In this document: positions 29,358-40,012 of the stretch, in pieces
How the letters are laid out: each line of letters begins with the position of its first letter
How positions within the stretch are numbered: position 1 is the stretch's first letter
DNA from: an uncultured Nitrospiraceae bacterium
Lineage (GTDB): Bacteria; Nitrospirota; Nitrospiria; Nitrospirales; Nitrospiraceae
Length of the DNA: 64,000 nucleotides
Assembly (NCBI GenBank): GCA_963706325.1
Contig: CAVPLT010000004.1
Location: forward strand, 768,001-832,000
Direction of reading: 5' to 3'
Program-made: the position numbers and the translations under genes
The notes under the pieces: generated by a model
The model's input: the letters and a program-made list of their open reading frames with translations, nothing else
What the model was told of the DNA's origin: nothing
Database searches by the model: none

Positions 29358-30485
29358 ATGGGGGATCTGGGTCGGAGATGCAAGGCGTGGAGTGAACCGA
29401 ACATTGGTCGCATCGTATTACTCATACGCCTTGCCTGCTTACTGTGCCTCCTGTTGCAGGGGGTACATGCAGCCGCCGAGGGATCTGATGAATACATATC
29501 AGGCTATGCGGCGGCCCTGGTGGAGCATGGGTTTCATCTCCCCGGAACAGAAATTCAGGTTGATCAGGGGGTCGTCACGGTTTACGTGAAGCGGTTAGGA
29601 GCCGAGGACCCTGCTAAGATTGCGGCGGCGGTGGAACGGATTCCAGGTGTCGTGAGAGCCGATGTACGCGAAGGTGAACCACCAACAAGGCGAGGCGTCC
29701 CTTCAGCACAAGCGGTCACACCGGAGCCTGAGTCGAAATTCTTGCCGCGCGGATTACTTTTTGATCCCTTACACGCGGATCCCCGTTGGCCGCACTTCGG
29801 CGCATCATACCATTGGTTGTCTCAGGGTAGACAGTTTGCGAGTTCGTTCGGTGAGTCGTTTGCATTCTACAGGAACGCCGCTCCCTTTGGTGGCCAGTGG
29901 GAGCTGGGCATGCAAGCCGGAGTATTTGGAGTCTTTGATACCCAGCGAAGTTCCATTGATTTAATCAATGCCGACTACAATGTCGGACTGCTCGCCAGTT
30001 ATCGCGCCGACAAGTTGTCTGGGTTTATCCGCATTCATCACCAGAGTTCCCATTTGGGGGACGAATTTCTGCTGAGCAATCCTCAAGTGACCCGGGTGAA
30101 TTTGAGTTTTGAAGAAGTGGATTTGAAGGTGTCTTATGACCTCACGACGTGGCTGCGTATTTATGGAGGAGTTGGGACCTTAATACGGACAGATCCCAGT
30201 AATCTGGGCCGAAATACCAGCCAAGGAGGGGCGGAACTCAAAAGTCCCTGGATCTTGTTAGGAGGGAAATTGCGACCGGTGGCCTATGCAGATTTCCAAG
30301 CCAATGCCAGAACAAACTGGCGAGTGGGACAATCGATTCGAGCAGGGTTCCAGTTTGAGAATGCGACCATCGGTGATCGGAAGCTGCAGGTGCTCGCGGA
30401 GTATTTCTCAGGTCCTTCGCCGAACGGGCAGCTCTATACTCAAAATGTCGAGTGGGTCGGTATGGGAATCCATCTGTGGTTTTAG
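29358..30485 (+). CDS. DUF1207-like exported/outer-membrane protein
   Basis: FLPRGLLFDPLHADPRWPHF, DLINADY, HHQSSHLGDEFLL; C-terminal Phe. Confidence 0.75.
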   Translation: MGDLGRRCKAWSEPNIGRIVLLIRLACLLCLLLQGVHAAAEGSDEYISGYAAALVEHGFHLPGTEIQVDQGVVTVYVKRLGAEDPAKIAAAVERIPGVVRADVREGEPPTRRGVPSAQAVTPEPESKFLPRGLLFDPLHADPRWPHFGASYHWLSQGRQFASSFGESFAFYRNAAPFGGQWELGMQAGVFGVFDTQRSSIDLINADYNVGLLASYRADKLSGFIRIHHQSSHLGDEFLLSNPQVTRVNLSFEEVDLKVSYDLTTWLRIYGGVGTLIRTDPSNLGRNTSQGGAELKSPWILLGGKLRPVAYADFQANARTNWRVGQSIRAGFQFENATIGDRKLQVLAEYFSGPSPNGQLYTQNVEWVGMGIHLWF

Positions 30486-30566
30486 TCCCTGTCAGTCATG
30501 GACGTCTAGGTCGTTCAATGGGTGAAGACCAAGATTCACACCGGAGGGTGACGGAAAGGGAACCAA

Positions 30567-30728
30567 ATGCCAACTGAAGCCTCAACAAAATCCTGTGCGC
30601 ATCCAAGCTGTTCCTGCCAGGCTGAGCCGGGCAAGGAATTCTGCTCGGACGCTTGCCGCAATGCGAAGGCGCCGAGTGGCAGTTGCTCGTGCGGCCATGG
30701 GGGCTGCGCAGAAAAGAAACATCATTAA
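30567..30728 (+). CDS. Bacterial metallothionein-like protein, 53 aa (not in the ORF track)
   Basis: MPTEASTKSCAHPSCSCQAEPGKEFCSDACRNAKAPSGSCSCGHGGCAEKKHH*: 8 Cys and 4 His; CAHxxCxC, FCSxAC and CxCGHxxC motifs; GGAAAGGG upstream. Confidence 0.8.
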   Translation: MPTEASTKSCAHPSCSCQAEPGKEFCSDACRNAKAPSGSCSCGHGGCAEKKHH

Positions 30729-30784
30729 AGCGTTCGTCGCGTGCGAATGTGCGAAGGTTCTCACCCTTAGAATGAGGTGTCATT

Positions 30785-30952
30785 ATGTTAAGCTGGGCTG
30801 TCACTTTTCTTGTGATTGGATTGATCGCCGGTGTGCTAGGAATCTCGGGAGTCGCGGGAACCGCAACCCAGATCGCCTATATACTTTTCGTGGTGTTTAT
30901 CATCCTCGCTGTTATAGGGATGGTCATGGGGCGGCGCCCTCCGGCCGTATAA
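30785..30952 (+). CDS. UPF0391/DUF1328 (YtjA-like) small membrane protein, 55 aa (not in the ORF track)
   Basis: [63 protein letters not shown]. Confidence 0.9.
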   Translation: MLSWAVTFLVIGLIAGVLGISGVAGTATQIAYILFVVFIILAVIGMVMGRRPPAV

Positions 30953-31312
30953 ACGAGGCGAGCCTTACGTGAGGTGGGGATCGTGCTGACGATCGCTCCC
31001 TAGAGCTCCCGGCGGCGCGTCTTTAGTCGCAAAGACCGCCGCCACGGCTTTCACCGTCATCTCTCCGACGTGGTGGAACTCATGTTGTACGGAAATTCGG
31101 ATGACCACGATATCAGGGTGCCAAGCGAGGACCCGACTGTGACCTCCATCCTTTCGAGAATGTAGGCATCATCTAACCCCCATCGTAATGAGGACGCGGT
31201 GCAATCGAGCCCCGAGTGAAGCGCAACCGCGAGTTCATCGGAGCAAATGCCCGGTTCTGGAAGAGAATGTACAATCTCTATTGTGGACGCTGGTTTTCAC
31301 CTTCCCAATACG

Positions 31313-32899
31313 TCAGGATTTGACGGGGTAGTGACTGAGAATCACCTCATAGAGCCGGCTGGCTGCCGACTCTTTTGGAAGAAAATCCGCGGCTCCCGCC
31401 TCCGTCATCGCTATCCTAACCTGAGGATCATTTCTCACGGAGATTCCAATCACGGTAACGGCCTCTTGCTCACGGCGTAAAATCCGGGTCGCTTCGATAC
31501 CGTCCAGCAGCGGCAAGTTGACGTCCATCACAACGACATCGGGATGAAGCGACCGCGCCATAATGACCGCGTCTTGCCCATCTGCTGCTTCGCCTACGAC
31601 CTTCAGATCATTGTAGCCGTCTAGAATGCTTCGGAGTCCCTGCCGAACCATGGCGTGGTCGTCCACTAAAAGGATTCTCACGCATCGGTCTGGAGATCGT
31701 TCGATATCCGTCACCATCTCCCCCGGGGGCGCCAGTGGAAGCGGGGCTGCCCCGGCGCAATTTTTAGTCAGCGGGAGGCGCAAAATGGCCAAGGTGCCTG
31801 CGCCGATGCATGAGGACAGCTCGCACGACCCACCCAGTAACTCCATTCGTTCCCGAATGGTGAGCAAGCCAAACTTGCTGTACGGGTCTTCGGCGGGGGA
31901 GAGGATGCCCACGTCAAATCCGATGCCACTGTCCTCAACGCAAATCCAGAGTTCGTTACTCTCATCAATCGTGATCGTAATACTGGCGTTGTCCGTCTGG
32001 GCATGCTTGACGACGTTGAATAAAAGTTCCCGCACCGACTGAAACAACAGGACCGCCTGGTCATCGGGGAGTGTCAACGAGCCCGGTGCGGCCTGGACTG
32101 CAACCTTGAGACCATGTTGCTTCATTTGATCGCCCAGCCAGGCCAGCGATTTCAGTAATCCAAATTGATAGAGAATATGAGGGCTGAGTTCCGCGACCAA
32201 TGATCGAGTATAGGTCAGGGCCTGGTCCAGCATCTGATCGACCCGGCTTAGTGAAGTCGAGAGGTTCTTGTCCTTAATCTGTAAAATAATTTGCGAGAGG
32301 CCGAGGCGACTGGCCACGACCAGCTGGGCGAGGTAGTCATGCAAGTCAGTGGCGAGCCTCCGGCGTTCGCGTTGTTCGGTCAGGGTCAGTTCCGACGCCA
32401 GTGCGCGTAAGCGATCTTGAGACCCGCGCAGTTCGTGGGTCCGTTCGATCAGAAGCCGTTCAAAGTCGGTGGCGAGTTGTTGCAATTGACGCTCCGCCTG
32501 CTTGCGGGGCGAAATATCCCGGGCAATTTTGGAAGCGCCGATAATACGGCCGGCAGAATCTTTCAGCGGGGACACCGTCAGAGATATCTCCACGAACGAT
32601 CCGTCTTTGCGTTGCCTCACGGTTTCATAGTGGTCAATGCGGTCGCCGTTATGAAGACGCTCTAAAATCTGAATTTCCTCATGGCAGCGATCGGGCGGAA
32701 TGAGACGATGAATGGGCTGGCCGATCATCTCTTGAGCCGTGTATCCGAAGAGGGCCTCGGCTCCTCGGTTCCAGGTAAGCACGACACCCTGCAGGTTTTT
32801 AGAAATGATCGCGTCGTCTGAAAATTCTACGATTGCCGCTGCCTGGGCGAGGGCGAACTCGGGGTTGTCAGATAGGAACGAGGTGGATTCATTACTCAT
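31313..32899 (-). CDS. Cytoplasmic hybrid histidine kinase: PAS - HisKA_3 - HATPase - REC
   Basis: PAS (SDDAIISKNLQG..LTWNRGAE.LFGY), H-box ERRRLATDLHDYLAQ, ELLFNVVKHA, DSGIGF, FGL..IRER, and C-terminal REC (LVDDH..MDVNLP). Confidence 0.92.
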   Translation of the reverse strand: MSNESTSFLSDNPEFALAQAAAIVEFSDDAIISKNLQGVVLTWNRGAEALFGYTAQEMIGQPIHRLIPPDRCHEEIQILERLHNGDRIDHYETVRQRKDGSFVEISLTVSPLKDSAGRIIGASKIARDISPRKQAERQLQQLATDFERLLIERTHELRGSQDRLRALASELTLTEQRERRRLATDLHDYLAQLVVASRLGLSQIILQIKDKNLSTSLSRVDQMLDQALTYTRSLVAELSPHILYQFGLLKSLAWLGDQMKQHGLKVAVQAAPGSLTLPDDQAVLLFQSVRELLFNVVKHAQTDNASITITIDESNELWICVEDSGIGFDVGILSPAEDPYSKFGLLTIRERMELLGGSCELSSCIGAGTLAILRLPLTKNCAGAAPLPLAPPGEMVTDIERSPDRCVRILLVDDHAMVRQGLRSILDGYNDLKVVGEAADGQDAVIMARSLHPDVVVMDVNLPLLDGIEATRILRREQEAVTVIGISVRNDPQVRIAMTEAGAADFLPKESAASRLYEVILSHYPVKS

Positions 32900-33004
32900 A
32901 CATTCGGTCAGTCCTATACCCCGCCTACCCGTGGTTTCTAGGCACGCGTTGAGGTCGCAATGGCAGTCGGCTATTGCGGGCCAATATACGATCTTAAAGG
33001 CCAC

Positions 33005-33048
33005 ATTTTAAACCAGCATTTAAACTGCGCCACTAGGCAAAACGCTAG
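33005..33048 (-). promoter_or_regulatory. Palindromic box (1 mismatch) plus -10 element facing the PAS kinase
   Basis: CTAGG-CAAAAC-GCTAG (33033-33048), 22-nt gap, TAAAAT on the minus strand. Confidence 0.65.
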
Positions 33049-33066
33049 CGATGTTTGTGGCCAAAT

Positions 33067-33082
33067 CTAGGGAGACGCCTAG
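33067..33082. promoter_or_regulatory. Perfect palindromic box, auxiliary site
   Basis: CTAGG-GAGACG-CCTAG. Confidence 0.7.
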
Positions 33083-33252
33083 TCCTGTGAGCGTTAAGGA
33101 AGTTACATTTTGGAAGCCTTGCGTATCCAGGTCCCTGCAATCGCTGCTAAGGCGTGAATGAGGGGGGTTCACATAGGAGCTCCTCGGAACGCGGCTTTTT
33201 ATGGCGAGGATTCATGTGAGATGGTACTCTCTGCCGTTGCGTATATTGTCCA

Positions 33253-33298
33253 ACTAGGGGTTCCCCTAGTCCTTCCTCATCTCGAAGCTATCTATAGT
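33253..33298 (+). promoter_or_regulatory. Palindromic box plus -10 element facing the poly-HAMP kinase operon
   Basis: ACTAGGGG-TT-CCCCTAGT (33253-33270, the most symmetric copy), 23-nt gap from the 16-bp core, TATAGT. Confidence 0.78.
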
Positions 33299-33377
33299 GT
33301 TTCGCGCTAGAAATGTTCGGCAATTCTTTTTCCCGCCCATAGGAAGATCGTGTCCACACCACTCGACGGAGGAATTG

Positions 33378-36300
33378 ATGAAAAGCAAGCCGCGTACGCA
33401 GGCGGGTGAGCGACAGGAGTCCGGCCTTCTCCATGATCATGGGCACGATAAGGCTATCCTAAGCATACTTCAGGCGGTCAAGAAGGGTGACTTTTCGGTG
33501 CGGCTCCCCGCAGAGTGGACGGGAATGGCCGGAAAGATCGCCGATGAAATTAATGGTTTGATCGAGTTGAATGCCCTGTTTGCAGAGGAGTTCAAACGGG
33601 TCAGCCACGCGGTCGGGAAAAAGGGAAAATTATCCGAGCGAGCCTCGGTGCCGGAAGCCAGGGGAGAGTGGAAGACCAACATCGAAGCCGTGAACGGTCT
33701 TATCGATGACTTGGTACGGCCGACTACTGAAATGGCCCGTGTCATTGGCGCCGTGGCCAAGGGGGATTTGACTCAATCCGTGGCGTTGGAAGCGGAAGGC
33801 CATCCGTTACGAGGAGAATTCTTGAGCACAGCTAAAACCGTCAACAGCATGGTGGGTCAGCTCGACGCGTTTGCGGCGGAGGTTACGCGGGTCGCTCGAG
33901 AAGTGGGCACGGAAGGCAAACTGGGTGGACAGGCAGTCGTACCAGGCGTCGCCGGCACGTGGAAGGATCTCACTGACAATGTCAATTCAATGGCTAGCAA
34001 CCTCACGAACCAGGTGCGCAATATTGCGGAGGTCACGATTGCCGTGGCCAACGGCGACCTCTCGAAAAAGATTACGGCCGACGTGCGCGGCGAGATTCTC
34101 CAGCTCAAAGACACGATTAATACCATGGTTGATCAATTGCGCAGCTTTGCGGCGGAGGTGACCCGTGTCGCGCGTGAAGTGGGGACCGACGGCAAGCTTG
34201 GCGGGCAGGCCGTTGTGCCAGGCGTCGCCGGGACCTGGAAAGATCTCACTGACAGCGTGAATTCCATGGCCAGCAATCTGACGAATCAAGTGCGGAACAT
34301 CGCGGATGTGACAGTTGCGGTGGCCAATGGGGACCTTTCGAAAAAAATTACGGTAGACGTACGCGGCGAAATTCTGCAGCTCAAAGATACGATCAACACA
34401 ATGGTTGACCAGCTGCGCAGCTTTGCGGCGGAGGTCACGCGCGTCGCGCGCGAAGTAGGCACGGACGGCAAGCTGGGTGGCCAGGCTCAAGTACGGGACG
34501 TGAGTGGGGTCTGGAAGGATTTGACGGAGAGTGTGAACCTTATGGCAGGCAATCTGACGGCCCAGGTCCGTAACATTGCCGATGTGACGACAGCCGTCGC
34601 CAACGGGGACCTCTCCAAGAAAATCACCGCGGACGTGCGGGGTGAAATTCTTCAGCTTAAGGAAGCCATCAATACAATGGTGGATCAATTACGAGGGTTC
34701 GCGGCGGAAGTCACGCGCGTGGCCCGGGAGGTCGGTACCGAGGGGAAGTTGGGCGGGCAGGCCGTGGTGCCAGGCGTGGCCGGGACCTGGAAAGATCTGA
34801 CGGACAGCGTGAATTCCATGGCCAGCAATCTGACGAACCAAGTGCGCAATATTGCGGAGGTCACGACCGCCGTGGCCAACGGCGACCTCTCGAAAAAGAT
34901 TACGGCCGACGTACGCGGCGAGATTCTCCAGCTCAAAGACACGATCAATACCATGGTGGACCAGCTGCGCAGTTTTGCGGCCGAGGTCACGCGCGTCGCG
35001 CGCGAGGTCGGCACGGATGGGAAGCTCGGCGGTCAAGCACAGGTTCGGGACGTGAGCGGCGTATGGAAAGACCTGACCGATAGCGTGAATTCCATGGCGA
35101 GTAATCTCACGGCGCAGGTCAGAAACATCGCGGAAGTCACCACGGCGGTGGCCAACGGCGACCTCTCGAAAAAGATTACGGCCGACGTACGCGGCGAGAT
35201 TCTCCAGCTCAAAGAGGCCATCAACACGATGGTCGACCAGTTACGCAGCTTCGCGGCGGAAGTCACGCGGGTGGCCCTTGAGGTCGGCACGGAAGGCAAA
35301 CTTGGCGGGCAGGCCCAGGTGCGGGATGTGAGCGGCGTTTGGAAGGATCTGACGGAAAGTGTCAACCTGATGGCCGGTAATCTCACCGACCAAGTGCGCA
35401 ACATCGCCGACGTGACGATCGCCGTGGCGAATGGAGATTTGTCAAAAAAAATCACCGTGGACGTGCGCGGCGAAATTCTCCAGTTGAAGGAAGCCATCAA
35501 CACGATGGTCGATCAGTTACGTAGCTTCGCGGCGGAAGTCACGCGCGTGGCCCGCGAGGTGGGCACCGAAGGCAAACTCGGTGGACAGGCGGCGGTGTCC
35601 GGGGTGGCCGGGACCTGGAAGGACCTCACGGACAGTGTCAATTCCATGGCCAGCAATCTCACCGACCAGGTGAGAAACATTGCCTATGTCACGATTGCCG
35701 TCGCAAACGGGGATCTATCGAAAAAGATCACGGCGGATGTGCGCGGAGAGATCCTTCAGCTCAAGGAAGCCATCAATACGATGGTCGACCAGCTGAGAAG
35801 CTTCGCGGCCGAAGTGACGCGCGTGGCGCGCGAGGTCGGGACAGAGGGCAAAGTTGGGCGGGCAGGCACAGGTGCGAGATGTGAGCGGTGTCTGGAAAGA
35901 CCTGACTGACAGCGTGAATCTCATGGCCGGAAATTTAACGGACCAGGTGCGCAACATTGCGAATGTGACGATTGCCGTGGCGAACGGTGACCTGTCCAAA
36001 AAGATTACGGTAGACGTGCATGGCGAGATTCTCCAGCTCAAAGAAGCCATCAACACGATGGTCGACCAGTTGAGAAGCTTTGCCGCGGAAGTCACACGCG
36101 TGGCGAGGGAAGTCGGCACCGAAGGGAAGTTGGGCGGGCAGGCCATCGTTCCTGGCGTCGCGGGAACTTGGAAGGACTTGACCGACAGCGTGAATAGCAT
36201 GGCGCGGAATCTCACGGCGCAAGTCCGGAACATCGCGGAAGTGACGATTGCGGTGGCCAGCGGCGACCTGTCAAAGAAAATCACCGTCGACGTGCACGGC

Positions 36301-39300
36301 GAGATTCTGCAACTCAAAGATACGACGAATACCATGGTGGACCAGTTGAACGCGTTTGCCGCGGAAGTCACACGCGTGGCGCGGGAAGTCGGCACCGAAG
36401 GGAAGTTGGGCGGGCAGGCCGTGGTGCCGGGGGTGGCGGGGACGTGGAAGGACCTGACCGATAGCGTGAATGCGATGGCAAGCAATCTGACGGCCCAGGT
36501 GCGGAATATCGCGGAAGTGACCATCGCGGTGGCCAGCGGCGACCTGTCGAAGAAAATCACGGTGGACGTGCGCGGCGAAATTCTTCAGCTGAAGGACACG
36601 ACGAATACGATGGTGGACCAGTTGAATGGGTTTGCCGCGGAAGTCACCAGGGTGGCGCGAGAAGTCGGCACCGAAGGGAAGCTGGGTGGGCAGGCCGTGG
36701 TACCGGGGGTGGCGGGAATCTGGAAGGATTTGACCGACAGCGTGAACGCCATGGCGAGTAACCTGACGGTGCAATTGCGGGATATGTCGACCGTCGCCAC
36801 CTCCATCGCGAATGGAGATTTGACGAGACAGATCACGGTGGATGTACGCGGAGAGATTCTGCAAATCAAGGACGTCATCAACCGCATGGTCGCCCAGCTC
36901 AGCGCCTTTGCGAGCGAGGTGACGCGTGTGGCGCGAGAAGTCGGCACCGAAGGCAAGCTCGGTGGTCAGGCGATTGTGCCGGGGGTTCCGGGAACCTGGA
37001 AGGATCTGACCGAGAGCGTGAATCTTCTGGCGGCCAATCTTACGACGCAGGTGCGCGCCATTGCTGAAGTCGCCACGGCCGTCACGCAAGGAGACCTCAC
37101 GAGGTCTATTCAGGTTCAGGCGCGCGGCGAGGTCGCGGAGCTGAAAGACAATATCAACGTCATGATCCGGACATTACAGGCGACGACCGATCAGAACACG
37201 GAGCAGGACTGGCTCAAGACCAACCTCGCGAAATTCACGCGCATGATGCAAGGGCAACGGGACTTGACCACAGTGGGTGATCTGTTGCTGACCGAGCTGG
37301 CGCCGTTGGTCAATGCGCAATACGGAGCGATCTATCAGCGTGATACGGCGGACAAGCCGCTGTTGCGGTTGCTGGCAAGTTATGCGGGTGGGGCAGAGGT
37401 GGTGGCGCCCGAGGAGATGAGGGTCGGGGTCGGGCTCGTCGCGCAATGCGCACGGGAAAAACGACGCATTATGCTGACCAACGTTCCCTCCGACTATATA
37501 CGGATTCGCTCGGGACTGGGACAGGCTCACGCGCGTAACGTGATCGTCTTGCCCGTCCTGTTCGAAGGCCAGACCAAGGCGGTCATCGAACTCGCGACCC
37601 TGTCAGAGTTCACCCCGACCCATGTGGGCTTCCTCGGGCAGTTAACTGAGACGATCGGTGTGGTGGTCAATACGATTGAAGCGACGATGCAGACAGAAGG
37701 CCTGCTGCAACAGTCGCAGAACCTGGCCACCGAGTTACAGGCCCAACAAAAGGAGCTGCAGCAAACCAACGAAGAGCTGGCCAAAAAGGCTCAACAGCTC
37801 GCTGAACAGAATGCAGAAGTGGAAATGAAGAACAGGGAAATCGAGCAGGCCCGGCATGCGTTGGAAGATAAGGCGCGAGAGCTGGCTTTGGCGTCGAAGT
37901 ACAAGTCCGAGTTCCTCGCCAACATGTCTCACGAACTACGGACTCCCCTGAATAGCATCCTCATTCTGGCGCAACAACTGGGGGAGAACCCGGACCGTAA
38001 CCTCAGCTCCAAACAGGTGGAATTTTCCAAAAACATTCACGCGGCGGGCGCCGACCTTCTCAATTTGATCAGCGATATTCTAGATTTGTCGAAGATCGAG
38101 TCCGGCACCGTCACGGTCGAGCCGGAAGAAGTGCTCTTCATGAAAGTCCGCGAAGCCACCGAGCGCAGTTTCCGTCACGTCGCGGAAGCGAGGCAGCTGA
38201 CCTTTCAGATCGACATCGATTCGCAGTTGCCCCGCAGCATGGTGACCGACTTCAAGCGATTGCAGCAGGTGTTGAAGAATCTCCTGTCGAATGCCTTCAA
38301 GTTTACCTCTCATGGCCAAGTGACGTTCCGCGTTCGACGCGCCTTGACAGGATGGAGCCTGGATCACGCGGTCTTGAGTACGGTCCCCACGGTGGTGGCC
38401 TTCGAAGTGAGTGACACCGGAATCGGTATCCCGGTGGAAAAGCAGAAGATTGTCTTCGAGGCTTTTCAACAGGCGGACGCAGGGACGAGCCGGCGGTTCG
38501 GAGGCACGGGGCTTGGGCTGGCGATCAGTCGCGAATTGGCCATGCTGCTGGGCGGCGAAATTCGTCTCGTGAGCGCTCCCGGAGAAGGCAGCACATTTAC
38601 GCTGTATTTGCCTGAGGTATATTTGGGCGCGACGCCGGAACTCATTCCTCCCAAGTTTAAATTGCAGGAACAAGCGCCGTTGCTGGTGCAGCAGGCCCAT
38701 CGCCTGGAAGATATTCCGGATGATCGGGAGAGCATTATTCCCGGCGAGCCGACAGTGCTGATCGTCGAAGATGATCCGCATTATGCCCGTGTGCTTCTAG
38801 GAGCCGTTCGGGAGAAGGGGCTGAAGGGAATTGTGACCGCCCATGGACGGTTGGCCTTGAGCTTGACGAGGGAATATAAGCCTGTCGCCATCACACTGGA
38901 TATCTTCTTGCCGGACATGCTGGGCTGGACGGTTCTCAGTCACCTGAAGCAGGATCCCGAAACTCGACATATCCCGGTCCAGATTCTCACCGTGGAGGAA
39001 GAGCGGTTGCATGGTTTGGGACACGGCGCTTTCGCCTACATGATCAAGCCCACCACGACAGAAGACCTGGGCGAGACGTTCGGACGTCTGGTCAACTTCA
39101 CAAAACCCAGACGTAAGCAATTGTTGCTGGTCGAGGATAATGAGATCGAGAGCCGCAGCCTCTGCGAGTTACTGAGCCACGAAGAGGTGGACATCGTGCC
39201 GAGCAACAACGGGACGGATGCCTGGAATCTGCTCTCCCAACGGCATTTCGACTGCGTCGTCTTGGACCTTCGACTGCCCGATATGTCCGGCTTCCAGATT

Positions 39301-39942
39301 CTCGAACGTATCCGTGAACATGAGGCTCTGCGGAACCTTCCCGTCATCGTCTCGACAGGCAAGGACTTGAGCGAGGAAGAAGAAATCCACCTGAGGGAGC
39401 TGTCCCAAGGGATCGTGCTGAAAGGTGTGCAATCGCCGGAACGGCTGCTGGACGAGGCGACATTGTTCTTGCATTTAGTGGTGGCCCAATTACCGCCTGA
39501 AAAGCAGCGCATGTTGGAACGGGTTCGTCAGAGTGACGATGCGCTGGTCGGGAAGAAGGTGTTGGTGGTGGATGACGACATGCGAAATATTTTTGCCCTG
39601 ACCAGTCTTCTGGAGCGCCATGGGATGGACGTAATCAGTTGCGAAACCGGACGAGAAGCGATTCGAAATGTGGAAGAGGATGGCGACCTAGATATGGTCC
39701 TGATGGATATCATGATGCCCGAAATGGACGGCTATGAAACCATGCGCCAAATCAGGCAGAATCCGCAGCATCGGCTGCTGCCCATTTTGGCGCTGACGGC
39801 GAAGGCCATGAAGGGCGACCGAGAACGCTGCCTCCAAGCCGGCGCGTCGGATTATATCGCGAAACCGGTGAACACCGATGAACTGTTGGCGCTCCTCAGG
39901 ATTTGGCTGTTTGGGCGCAAGAAAGCGATGGGTCGTCCATGA
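33378..39942 (+). CDS. Giant poly-HAMP hybrid histidine kinase (HAMP array - GAF - HisKA - HATPase - 3x REC), about 2,190 aa, interrupted by one frameshift near 35851
   Basis: Twelve 92-aa repeats with EVTRVA.EVGT.GKLGGQA plus one degenerate N-terminal unit; [18 protein letters not shown]-box; three REC domains. An extra A (GGCAAAGTTG for GGCAAGTTG) splits the ORF. GGAGGA RBS. Confidence 0.9.
33800..37170 (+). repeat. Coding tandem repeat with a 276-bp unit, about 12 copies
   Basis: The EVTRVA marker recurs every 276 nt from about 33880 to about 36917. Confidence 0.92.
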
Positions 39943-40012
39943 TGGCCTTCGTTGTTCACTTGCCACTTCCTAGTCGTTCCTCGCACCGCGGCTTCCCGGT
40001 AAGGAGTCGTCT

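Noticed and set aside
35840..35860. Programmed ribosomal frameshift or phase variation in the HAMP kinase
   Set aside because: There is no slippery heptamer or long homopolymer (only AAA), and similar single-base insertions occur in unrelated genes.
33470..37530. Several long minus-strand ORFs and the DNA repeats in the HAMP region as separate genes or a non-coding array
   Set aside because: They are antisense shadows of the 276-bp coding repeat of the kinase.
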